DNA of 64,000 nucleotides from an uncultured Bacteroidota bacterium (GCA_946414435.1 CAMKOM010000001.1:42402-106401); one strand, 5' to 3'. Positions 10,337 through 21,161 are shown, counted from the first letter of the stretch. Notes: generated by a model from the letters alone, not told the origin. Program-made: numbers and translations.

Positions 10337-10402
10337 AATTCAAAGATTTAGAAATAGTTAATTTTATATTTCATGACAATTATTCCGTGCATGCGAGCAT
10401 AC

Positions 10403-10417
10403 AAAAAAAAAAAAAAA
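10403..10417. repeat. Homopolymeric A15 tract (T15 on the minus strand) in a divergent intergenic region
   Basis: Counted directly. It lies 66 nt upstream of the minus-strand start codon at 10336. Confidence 0.95.
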
Positions 10418-10592
10418 GATATACCATACTCTTATAAATGGATTATTCTATTGTCAAATAACAAAAACACCAATTTCTCTCCTTTCAGCTTCAGTGATTG
10501 TCCGATTCTAAACATTATCGTTCTTAACTAACCAAACTTACCGCAAAAACGGGAAATCATCTATAACAGCAGAAATTATCAACAAATAAGTT

Positions 10593-10600
10593 TAGATTTG
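10593..10600 (+). promoter_or_regulatory. Bacteroidota -7 promoter box TAGATTTG (TAnnTTTG)
   Basis: Exact match to the consensus, 34 nt upstream of the ATG at 10635. Confidence 0.45.
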
Positions 10601-10628
10601 CCGACAATTGATTTTTAATTTAATATAA

Positions 10629-12824
<2,196 letters not shown>

Positions 12825-12848
12825 TTGAACACGTTTATTTGATTGATT

Positions 12849-12882
12849 GTAGAGACGCGCCACGGCGCGTCTCTACTTTTTT
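12849..12882 (+). terminator. Rho-independent terminator, GACGCG-family hairpin
   Basis: GTAGAGACGCGCC-ACG-GGCGCGTCTCTAC (13-bp stem) followed by TTTTTT, 25 nt after the xylanase stop codon. Confidence 0.85.
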
Positions 12883-13130
12883 ATGCACACCTCTCCCATT
12901 ATCCGCTTGCGGACAATCATTCTGCTAAGTTCGGATTCGTTTGGTTTGAGACAAAAAATCTGCTTGAATCAGAAAGGGATCGGTCAGAAAAACGTTAGCG
13001 ATTGGTATTCGGGATCCCACTCTTTTTTATGCCATACCTTTTCACATCGGGAACTAAACTGATGTGGCTTTTTTTTGTTGCCGCAAAGCAAAAAAGCACT
13101 ATCTTGACAATTCAAAAAATTGGGTGAAAG

Positions 13131-14993
13131 ATGTCAACTGACGAAGCTAATAGGAACGATGCCAAGATTCAGAATTTGCTAAAAAAACTGGAATCGACAG
13201 AGCCAGAATTATGCTATGAAATAGAGAGTTACATTGACAAAGAAAAAAAATTGCGACAAGATGCCGAAGCCAAACTAGCAGCATGTCAAGAGCAACAAAA
13301 ACAAGATGAACAGTCTCTCAATTTGCTAAAAGATGAGTTCAACAAGCACCTGCAACGTTTCGAACTAATTGCAGAATCTGTAGCCATAGCAAACACTGAA
13401 GAATCCTGCCCGCAGGCGATAAATATGATTTTAAATCGCATTGGATTCCACTTGTCTCCTAAACGTATTCTGTTTTTTATTGACACCCCCGACTCAACAA
13501 TGAGCAAAATTGAGTACCAGTGGGTTGCACATAATGTTATGCCGTTTTCGCACAACACGGCCATTAAATACAAGGAATGCCCGTTGTGGCAAAAGATGCT
13601 GGCCGAGCACAAAATGGTTCCCGGATCACAACAGGACGATTTACCTGACGACATTACTCTGGTACTTGAAAACATAGGGCTGAAAAATGTCTATATGTTC
13701 CCTTTAACAGGCAACGATGGCACATCGTTTGGCTCAATCATGTTCGAAACCTACGAAAACAGCCAGCTCAGCAAACTTGAAATAAGGTATATACAAATAG
13801 TTACCATAGTACTATCAGGCATTATCCACATCTATCGGATTCTCAATGATTTGATTCGGGAAAAAGAACGTGCTGAAGAAGCCGATCGTCTCAAATCGTC
13901 ATTCCTGGTGAACGTGAGCCATGATATCCGCATTCCGATGAACGCCATCATCGGATTTAGCGACCTTCTTGCTGATGAGGACTTGACGCAAACTGAGCGC
14001 GAAGAGTTTATTGACATGATAAATAAGAGCGGTCAAGATCTTGTTACTCTGATAGATAACATTATCGATATATCGAAAATTGAGACAGGGCAAATGACCG
14101 TGAAAAAAGAGATTATACCTATTTTCCCGTTGTTCAACGACATTATGGCCGTGTTCAACAACAACCGCACCTTGGAAGATCGCGACGACCTTACACTGCA
14201 ACTCGACTTGCCGCCAAAGTTTGCCGATATAAAATTCAGTACCGACATTTTCAAATTCCGCCAAATTTGTACAAATCTGATCGACAATGCAATAAAATTC
14301 ACAAACAACGGTTATGTCAAATTCGGTGTGAGCCGCGCTTGGGATCAAACCATCGAATTTTATGTGCAAGATACCGGCATCGGCATTCCGGAAGACCAAC
14401 AACATATTATTTTCCAACGTTTTGGCAAAGTTGATCGAACTTTGACCAACGAATACACTGGTACCGGTTTGGGGCTCTCAATATGCAAGAGCATTGTTGA
14501 AATGCTTGGCGGTGAAATCCGCGTGGTATCAATTCCCGGCAAAGGCTCAACGTTCTATTTCACACACCCACTACAGGAAAAAGTATCAGACTCACTGACC
14601 AACAGCGAGGAGAAATCATTATTCGACTGGAAGGAGTACCGGATTGCCATTTTGGACAATTCCGAACAAGACCGCAAATACCTGACACACGTGCTATCGA
14701 ACACGGGAATTGAAATAATTTGGCTGAACACAAGTGACGATGCTGTCAAATTCTTTGAAAACAACAAACAAGCTGATATACTGCTCATTGAAATGTCAGC
14801 GGACAACATTAATGCGGCCGGGAAAATTCACAGCATCTCATCTGTGCCAATTATCGTCCAATCATCGAACTGTCAATCGAATGACGACCGTCAAACAGTT
14901 CTCCAATCGGGTTGCGCAGAATACCTTGCCAAGCCTTTCAGTGCCTCTAAATTGTTGACTACAATTGACAATTTGTTTACATATAAAGCATAA
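13131..14993 (+). CDS. Cytoplasmic hybrid-type sensor histidine kinase with a degenerate C-terminal receiver-like domain
   Basis: N-terminal coiled coil. H-box SFLVNVSHDIRIPMNAIIGF, N-box NLIDNAIKF, G1 DTGIGIP, G2 GTGLGLSI. The receiver-like tail ends in LAKPF but has ILDNSE and ILLIEMS where DD and the phospho-Asp are expected. Confidence 0.8.
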   Translation: MSTDEANRNDAKIQNLLKKLESTEPELCYEIESYIDKEKKLRQDAEAKLAACQEQQKQDEQSLNLLKDEFNKHLQRFELIAESVAIANTEESCPQAINMILNRIGFHLSPKRILFFIDTPDSTMSKIEYQWVAHNVMPFSHNTAIKYKECPLWQKMLAEHKMVPGSQQDDLPDDITLVLENIGLKNVYMFPLTGNDGTSFGSIMFETYENSQLSKLEIRYIQIVTIVLSGIIHIYRILNDLIREKERAEEADRLKSSFLVNVSHDIRIPMNAIIGFSDLLADEDLTQTEREEFIDMINKSGQDLVTLIDNIIDISKIETGQMTVKKEIIPIFPLFNDIMAVFNNNRTLEDRDDLTLQLDLPPKFADIKFSTDIFKFRQICTNLIDNAIKFTNNGYVKFGVSRAWDQTIEFYVQDTGIGIPEDQQHIIFQRFGKVDRTLTNEYTGTGLGLSICKSIVEMLGGEIRVVSIPGKGSTFYFTHPLQEKVSDSLTNSEEKSLFDWKEYRIAILDNSEQDRKYLTHVLSNTGIEIIWLNTSDDAVKFFENNKQADILLIEMSADNINAAGKIHSISSVPIIVQSSNCQSNDDRQTVLQSGCAEYLAKPFSASKLLTTIDNLFTYKA

Positions 14994-15286
14994 GCGTCAC
15001 ATTAAGCATCTCTTCTTGAATATAAACTTTTACGCACAATATTTTCCTAACACAAACAACCACTATCGTATTCAAATAAGCATAAAAAACTTAGATTTTA
15101 AACCATAACCCTATCCTATATTAAACATAATTTAACATTTCTGCGAAATTTTCTGCCACATGTGACAACTCCTATCCCCAAAGCGTGTTGTATATTTATC
15201 TTGCTAATGAGGACGAACAAATCTCCATAGTTCGTCTGTTCTCTTAATTAGCGCTATATGAAATGGTTGCTTAAAATCGTAATCGT

Positions 15287-16579
15287 ATGAAGATTAGCAA
15301 ATACACCTATATAATATACAAGTCAAATATAACTTATTGGTTTAACGGTATATCAAAGCAATATTTTGCTCTTAATACAGACTTTAGTAAAAAATTATTT
15401 GATGCCCTGCAAACTGAGTTAGGGCAAAATGAACTAGGACGCCAATATCCTACATTTATTAAGGTACTCATAGATGGAAATTTTGTCATCGAAGAAGGGA
15501 AAGATGAAATACAAACAATCAGAAATAATTTTGAGAATGGGCATAATTCAAAAGAATATAAGCTTACTATTTTGCCAACGCTAAACTGTAATTTTAATTG
15601 CTGGTACTGCATCCAAAAGCATATTGAAAGCAAGATGACACCAGAAACCATGCAAAAAATTAAAAACCACATCAATAAGATTATAAAAGAAGACAAAATA
15701 TGCTCTCTCAATATCGACTGGTTTGGTGGTGAACCATTAATGTACTTTTCTGATGTGATTGAGCCCATAAGTCATTTTGCAATTGAGCAGTGTGCAAAGG
15801 CAGAAATACCATTTTCAAACACAATAACAACTAACGCATATTATTTGACAAATCAAGTATGCAACAAACTAAACGAATTAAAAATTGATTTAATGCAAAT
15901 CACTCTTGACGGCAATCGCTGGATGCACAATAAAATTAAAAAGGCCGCTAATAGCGAATCCGCATTTGATATTGCGTTATATCATATAAACAATGCACTA
16001 TCAGCATCTGCCAAACTCTCAGTTTTGCTACGCATCAATTATACAAATGGCACAATTAGCAATGATTTGCTCAACCAAATATGCGAACACATTTCAGCAC
16101 AGAACAGAAGCCGTGTACAGTTTTTATTACGTAAAGTCTGGCAATCAGCAACTGATAGAAATAGAAAGTCCGAGGTTAGAAGTTTTTGGGGGAAAGCCAT
16201 TAATAATGGTTTTAAAGTTTGTGCCAATGATTTTGTTGATGGCATTCCGTGTTATGCGGACAAAAAGTTTTATGCCTGCATAAATTATAATGGCGAGGCC
16301 GTCCGGTGCACGGCCTGCGATGACCTTTATCTCGATGCCCCTGGTTCATTAGGCGAAGATGGCACAATAGCTTGGAATAAAGAAAAAACAAAAAAATTTG
16401 GAACACCAAATTTCGAGAATGCAACCTGTCTTTCCTGCAAACACTTACCTTTGTGTTTGGGCGGTTGTAACAACCATCGGCACATTCCCGACGATAAATT
16501 CTTATGTGAACAAGACAATAGAGTTTTCACTTTTGAAGAAGCAATTGAGAATTACATTGATTATGATACAATTAGTTAA
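15287..16579 (+). CDS. Radical SAM / SPASM-domain peptide maturase
   Basis: CxxxCxxC cluster motif in TILPTLNCNFNCWYC. GGEPL motif. C-terminal SPASM-type Cys pattern CYADKKFYAC...RCTAC...CLSCKHLPLCLGGC. About 90 aa precede the rSAM core. Confidence 0.85.
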   Translation: MKISKYTYIIYKSNITYWFNGISKQYFALNTDFSKKLFDALQTELGQNELGRQYPTFIKVLIDGNFVIEEGKDEIQTIRNNFENGHNSKEYKLTILPTLNCNFNCWYCIQKHIESKMTPETMQKIKNHINKIIKEDKICSLNIDWFGGEPLMYFSDVIEPISHFAIEQCAKAEIPFSNTITTNAYYLTNQVCNKLNELKIDLMQITLDGNRWMHNKIKKAANSESAFDIALYHINNALSASAKLSVLLRINYTNGTISNDLLNQICEHISAQNRSRVQFLLRKVWQSATDRNRKSEVRSFWGKAINNGFKVCANDFVDGIPCYADKKFYACINYNGEAVRCTACDDLYLDAPGSLGEDGTIAWNKEKTKKFGTPNFENATCLSCKHLPLCLGGCNNHRHIPDDKFLCEQDNRVFTFEEAIENYIDYDTIS

Positions 16580-16867
16580 CCATTTCTTCCTTGAGAACAG
16601 TATTACAATATACACTTGGTCGATTTACCAACTACATATTCTCCACTTGGAACTCCCGTTCATTTGCTAATATTACATTTTATCAAATGTGTATAAAAAC
16701 ATTTTACATTCGTATTAAAGAATGCATTACGCTATAAACCAAACTCTTTCATTATAAGCTCTTACCTTTAACCCGTTAACGAACAATAAAACAGGCCTAT
16801 TTTTAGTCGTTTACACGAGTAACCCGAAAAGCGTAGTGAGTAGGGATAAAATTTAAATATTTCACGT

Positions 16868-17017
16868 ATGAAACCAGTAAAAAAAGCTGTAAAAATTATT
16901 GATGAGAAAAAACTATCTACCACCAATGAGAAGGAACTATCCAAAATGATTGGTGGCATAAGGCGAAGTGGTTTTCTTATAACTGGCAGAGAATGCGACG
17001 GCATAAATAATTTATAG
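16868..17017 (+). CDS. 49-aa RiPP/bacteriocin precursor peptide with a double-glycine leader (not in the ORF track)
   Basis: ATG 16868 to TAG 17017 gives MKPVKKAVKIIDEKKLSTTNEKELSKMIGG/IRRSGFLITGRECDGINNL. The leader end ELSKMIGG fits the classical ELxx(I/M)xGG double-glycine consensus. It lies between the rSAM and YcaO genes, upstream of a C39-ABC exporter, and is followed by a strong hairpin terminator. Confidence 0.7.
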   Translation: MKPVKKAVKIIDEKKLSTTNEKELSKMIGGIRRSGFLITGRECDGINNL

Positions 17018-17024
17018 ATTTTGT

Positions 17025-17058
17025 TAGGTCGACAAAGTTTTTGTCGACCTACTTTTTT
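17025..17058 (+). terminator. Rho-independent (probably leaky) terminator directly after the precursor gene
   Basis: TAGGTCGACA-AAGTTTT-TGTCGACCTA (10-bp stem), then C and TTTTTT. It starts 8 nt after the stop codon and lies 40 nt before the YcaO start. Confidence 0.8.
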
Positions 17059-17097
17059 GTCACAATTATATTACGGTTATCATAAAAAAATATTGAT

Positions 17098-18789
17098 ATG
17101 AAAAAATACAAAGAATGCCCGCCCGAAGAAACTATAGCCAGAATAAAGTCTATATTAACCCATAATAATATTAAAGTAAAAGTTACGAAATCAGACAATA
17201 AATTTTTCTATTCGTGCAGAGTTGATATATCAAACGATAAATTAAAAAAAATCAAATTCGGGGTAAATGGGAAAGGTATGACTGAGAACTACTCGTTAGC
17301 AAGTGGTTATGCCGAACTAATGGAATGGCTTCAAAATAAATTTTTGCTTGTAAATAACTCATTATGTTTTTATAAACACTTGGAAAAATCATTAATAGAA
17401 GCCAACATAATTGATGCTGACAACCGTGATAACAATAATTGTTTGTTTTACAATACATCAAAAGTCGATTTCTATTCAGTTAAAGAAAAATGTGTTAAAC
17501 AATTTTCTGCAAATGATTTTCTTTACCAAACAGGAAGCAATGGATTCTGTGCTGGAAATACAGCAAAAGAAGCGATAACACATGGTATTTGCGAGATATT
17601 TGAAAGATTCGCTGTCAAGCAGATTTCAGAGGAAAAGCTATCACTCCCAACCATTCCATTAGATTATTATAAGGATACCAAATTGTATAAAAAAATAAAT
17701 GGACTTCTAAAACAAAACGAGAATATTAAAGTGATAATAAAAGATTGTTCGTTGGATAAAGGACTGCCTGTTGTTGGTGTATTAATAATCGATACCGAAA
17801 ATCAGATTTATAACTTTCAGTTAGGTTCTGATTGCAACCCTATCGTGGCCACAGAACGGTGTTTTACAGAATTGTATCAAAATACAAAAAGCATAATAGG
17901 TGAGCCTTTTTTATTTCATCGTGAACAAACAAAATGGGACGTTGACAGAATTATTGGGTATGGTAGTGGACAATGGCCAATTTCAATCTTTAGCGAAAAC
18001 ACAGATTTTTCATTTAATCCAAATAGCCAATTCTATTCAAATGAAATAGAAAATGATTTAGAATATTGCGTTAAAATAGTAAATGATTTTCGTTGTGATA
18101 TATATATACGTGATAACTCGTTTTTAGGATTTCCAACCTATTATGTTGTAATTCCAGGTATGAGTATGAAAAAAAACAACAGAATTCTTACTGATAAATG
18201 TCTATTCCAAAGCGATTTGTTCAGTAAATTAGACTATATTTCAAAAGAAGAATTATTGAAATTAACAACAGAATTAGAAAATGAGTACAACAAAATCAAA
18301 AGTTTAGATATTATTTTTGATATAACGAAGCATATTCCAATAAACACAAATGATGAACTAAATGAACTTGATTTCGATCTCTTTCTGGCTCTATCTATGT
18401 ATAAATTAGAATTATATGACAAATTCATATTCTATATGGATAAGTTTTTAAAAGATAAAAACGAAAAAGAATATGTCTATTTTTGGGTGGCATACAATTT
18501 TGTACTCTTACACCAAATACAAAAACAAGATATTAACTCAGCAACAAGTATTCTCAGCAAATGTTATGGTGCCGAATTAGTAAAAGAAGTAATAAATGAT
18601 ATGATTAACCCATATGAAATATTCAAATACTACAAATTACCATCTTACCCCAATTGCTCACAATGTAAATTGAAAAAAGACTGCCGAGTTGACGATGTTG
18701 TACAAATATGTTTAGATTTACGCAAAAAAGAAGCATCTGCAAACATTGACCAATGGAAACTTGCTGAAGTATTTGATTTTGAAACTTGA
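17098..18789 (+). CDS. YcaO-domain protein, E. coli YcaO-like architecture with a long C-terminal (TPR-like?) region
   Basis: NGKGMTENYSLASGYAELMEW and SNGFCAGNTAKEAITHGICEIFERF, then SLPTIP and DCSLDKGLPVVGVLI...GSDCNPIVATERCFTELYQ. These parallel, from memory, E. coli YcaO NGKGATKKAALASALGEYFER / SNGMSAGNT..EA..GLSEVFER / SLPEIP / ALERTVTELLQG. Confidence 0.8.
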   Translation: MKKYKECPPEETIARIKSILTHNNIKVKVTKSDNKFFYSCRVDISNDKLKKIKFGVNGKGMTENYSLASGYAELMEWLQNKFLLVNNSLCFYKHLEKSLIEANIIDADNRDNNNCLFYNTSKVDFYSVKEKCVKQFSANDFLYQTGSNGFCAGNTAKEAITHGICEIFERFAVKQISEEKLSLPTIPLDYYKDTKLYKKINGLLKQNENIKVIIKDCSLDKGLPVVGVLIIDTENQIYNFQLGSDCNPIVATERCFTELYQNTKSIIGEPFLFHREQTKWDVDRIIGYGSGQWPISIFSENTDFSFNPNSQFYSNEIENDLEYCVKIVNDFRCDIYIRDNSFLGFPTYYVVIPGMSMKKNNRILTDKCLFQSDLFSKLDYISKEELLKLTTELENEYNKIKSLDIIFDITKHIPINTNDELNELDFDLFLALSMYKLELYDKFIFYMDKFLKDKNEKEYVYFWVAYNFVLLHQIQKQDINSATSILSKCYGAELVKEVINDMINPYEIFKYYKLPSYPNCSQCKLKKDCRVDDVVQICLDLRKKEASANIDQWKLAEVFDFET

Positions 18790-18818
18790 TATAACCTTTC
18801 TGTATTCAAAGATATTTT

Positions 18819-21161
18819 ATGAAAAAAAACACTGTGTCATTTATCTTGCTATTCTTGGTATTTGTATCAAACGCCCAAACCATCACTGGCAAAGTAACTG
18901 ATACACAAAACGAACCCGTACCCAATGCCGTACTCATTCTACAAAACTCCGATTCATCTTTTGTGAGTGCCACTACAACCGATTCATTAGGCAACTTCAA
19001 CATTGAAATCAGCATTAACAATGGTATAGTACAAGTTCTGCATTTAGCCTACGAGAACAAGACAATCAACTTTACTAATGGTGATTTTTCTGTACTGAAA
19101 AGCATAACATTAACCGAAAAGTCAACTGAATTGGACGGCGTTACAGTAAAAGCCGAAGCACCGGCAGTGATTGTCAAAGACAACGCATTGGTTTACAACG
19201 CACAACGAATAAACGAGAAAAAGGCTGTAAGCAACGCTTTCGAATTGCTTCAATACACGCCTGGTATAACAACCAGAAACGATGAAATAAGCCTTGCCGG
19301 AGCATCGCAATTGACTGTGATAATCGACGGCAAAGCCACAATGCTCAGCAACGCTGAGATAGCCGAAGTATTGAAAGCTATGCCTGCAAGCAGCATCGGC
19401 AATATTGAAGTGATGTATAAAGCACCGGCAAAATATGGTGTTAAAGGTGCGCTTATAAACATTGCAACCGACAAAAAACGGCGAGAAACGCCATTGGAAG
19501 CCGAACTTGCAACCGAATACACCCAACAGTTCTACGCACAAGGGCGAACAAGAGCAAATATTGCTTACCGTGGAGAGAAACTCGATATTGATGCCCTCGC
19601 CAATACATCGTATGGTAAAACCAGAAACGAAAATACCGAGCATTCAATAAACAATTTCAACGGCATTCAAACTATTATCGAAGAGTATGACGTTACAGTC
19701 GATAAATATGCCAGCAACATTTTCCGCACGGCAATCGACTATAACTTCAACAAAGACAATTCGATATCACTGATGTATTATGGCAAATTGTCAAAAAATG
19801 ACCACCCGATAAAATCGGGAACCAACTTCATTTATCATACTGGTGAAACGAATTTTGTGAACAGTACAAACAATGATGACCGTAAAAACCAATTACATAA
19901 TATGAACCTAAAAGGCTCATTTGGCGGAGTTGGCATCACTACCGATTATGTTTCATATTACCATAAATCGGAATCAAAATACAAAGATTTTGAAAATGAC
20001 AGCATAACAACTGATTATCAGAACAATTCGACAATGGATATTGACCAGTTGAAACTGCTTGCGAGCTACGACTGGGAGATTAGCGACACGTGGCAGATGA
20101 GTGCCGGAGCGCAGGGGACAATGACCAATTCCGCCACCGAAGTGAGCTATCTCTACCCGAAAAACGGCAATTATGAACTTGACAAAAACAGCTATAGCGA
20201 CAATTTGCAAAAAGAGCGACGGCTTTCTGTCTTTGCCGAAACGTTCAATACCGTATTCGACAGCGTTGAACTCGATTTCACTGTTGAAGTTGAATATTTC
20301 AAATCAGACTACGATGAAAACGTCACAAAATCAACCCTGTGGAACGAATGGCAGATTTATCCGAGCCTGTCGGTTATGTGGCCACTTAAGCGCGACATCA
20401 TTCAGTTGTCATTATCAACCTACAAGAACTACCCAACCTATTGGAATTTAAGTTCTCACACCACACAAATGAACCCTTACACTTTTGCGATTGGCAATCC
20501 AACTCTCAAACCATCAACCAATTACAACTTTAATTTTACGTATATGCTACGTAAACAATATTCAGTATGGACATATCTCTATTATGAGAAAGACGCTTTC
20601 AGAGAAATTCCCTATCAGAATGCAGCAGAGCTCAAATGTTATTACCAGAGTGTGAATTTTGATTATGCAATTTTTAGTGGCATCGGTGGCGAATTCCCAT
20701 TTTGTGTTGGGTATTGGAACCCAACTTTAGGCTGCGATTTAATGTATACAAGGAATAAAATGTCTGATTTCCACGGATTGTCATTCGACCGCGACAAGGT
20801 TTTCTACGATTTATATATTGAAAATACTTTTACAATATCGGAAGAAAAACCAAATTTAAAATTTATGCTTAACGCCGAATATCAGTCGAAATCAATCCAA
20901 GGTATTTTCGATATGAGTGACGGATACAACCTTGAAATAGGTATGAAATGGGCTATTTTGAAGAATTTGATATTCACTACCAATTGGTCCGATATTTTTG
21001 AACAGTGGAACGGATACCCGTCCACAGTGAATTTCAACGGTCAGTATACCAAATTAGACAAGAAACAATTTAACCGTTTCAAAGCATCTATTGTCTGGCG
21101 CATTGGCGGGTTCAAGGCCAAGGAAGTTGAAATGACTGATATACAAAGGATGCAACGATAA
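18819..21161 (+). CDS. Outer-membrane beta-barrel protein with N-terminal carboxypeptidase-regulatory-like domain (TonB-dependent-receptor-like / OMP_b-brl_3-like)
   Basis: Signal peptide MKKNTVSFILLFLVFVSNAQ. ITGKVTDTQNEPVPNAVLIL CarbopepD_reg-like start. Plug-like AFELLQYTPGI. Long Tyr/Asn-rich region with alternating beta-strand pattern. Confidence 0.7.
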   Translation: MKKNTVSFILLFLVFVSNAQTITGKVTDTQNEPVPNAVLILQNSDSSFVSATTTDSLGNFNIEISINNGIVQVLHLAYENKTINFTNGDFSVLKSITLTEKSTELDGVTVKAEAPAVIVKDNALVYNAQRINEKKAVSNAFELLQYTPGITTRNDEISLAGASQLTVIIDGKATMLSNAEIAEVLKAMPASSIGNIEVMYKAPAKYGVKGALINIATDKKRRETPLEAELATEYTQQFYAQGRTRANIAYRGEKLDIDALANTSYGKTRNENTEHSINNFNGIQTIIEEYDVTVDKYASNIFRTAIDYNFNKDNSISLMYYGKLSKNDHPIKSGTNFIYHTGETNFVNSTNNDDRKNQLHNMNLKGSFGGVGITTDYVSYYHKSESKYKDFENDSITTDYQNNSTMDIDQLKLLASYDWEISDTWQMSAGAQGTMTNSATEVSYLYPKNGNYELDKNSYSDNLQKERRLSVFAETFNTVFDSVELDFTVEVEYFKSDYDENVTKSTLWNEWQIYPSLSVMWPLKRDIIQLSLSTYKNYPTYWNLSSHTTQMNPYTFAIGNPTLKPSTNYNFNFTYMLRKQYSVWTYLYYEKDAFREIPYQNAAELKCYYQSVNFDYAIFSGIGGEFPFCVGYWNPTLGCDLMYTRNKMSDFHGLSFDRDKVFYDLYIENTFTISEEKPNLKFMLNAEYQSKSIQGIFDMSDGYNLEIGMKWAILKNLIFTTNWSDIFEQWNGYPSTVNFNGQYTKLDKKQFNRFKASIVWRIGGFKAKEVEMTDIQRMQR

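Noticed and set aside
16687-16737. 16-aa ORF MCIKTFYIRIKECITL as a possible second precursor
   Set aside because: It has no double-glycine or other leader motif and no terminator or promoter context. Short ORFs of this size are expected by chance in a 288-nt AT-rich spacer.
16768-17004. 78-aa minus-strand ORF listed in the track
   Set aside because: It lies antisense to the 49-aa GG-leader precursor, which has far better contextual support. It has no recognisable features, and its existence is explained by AT-rich sequence with few stops.
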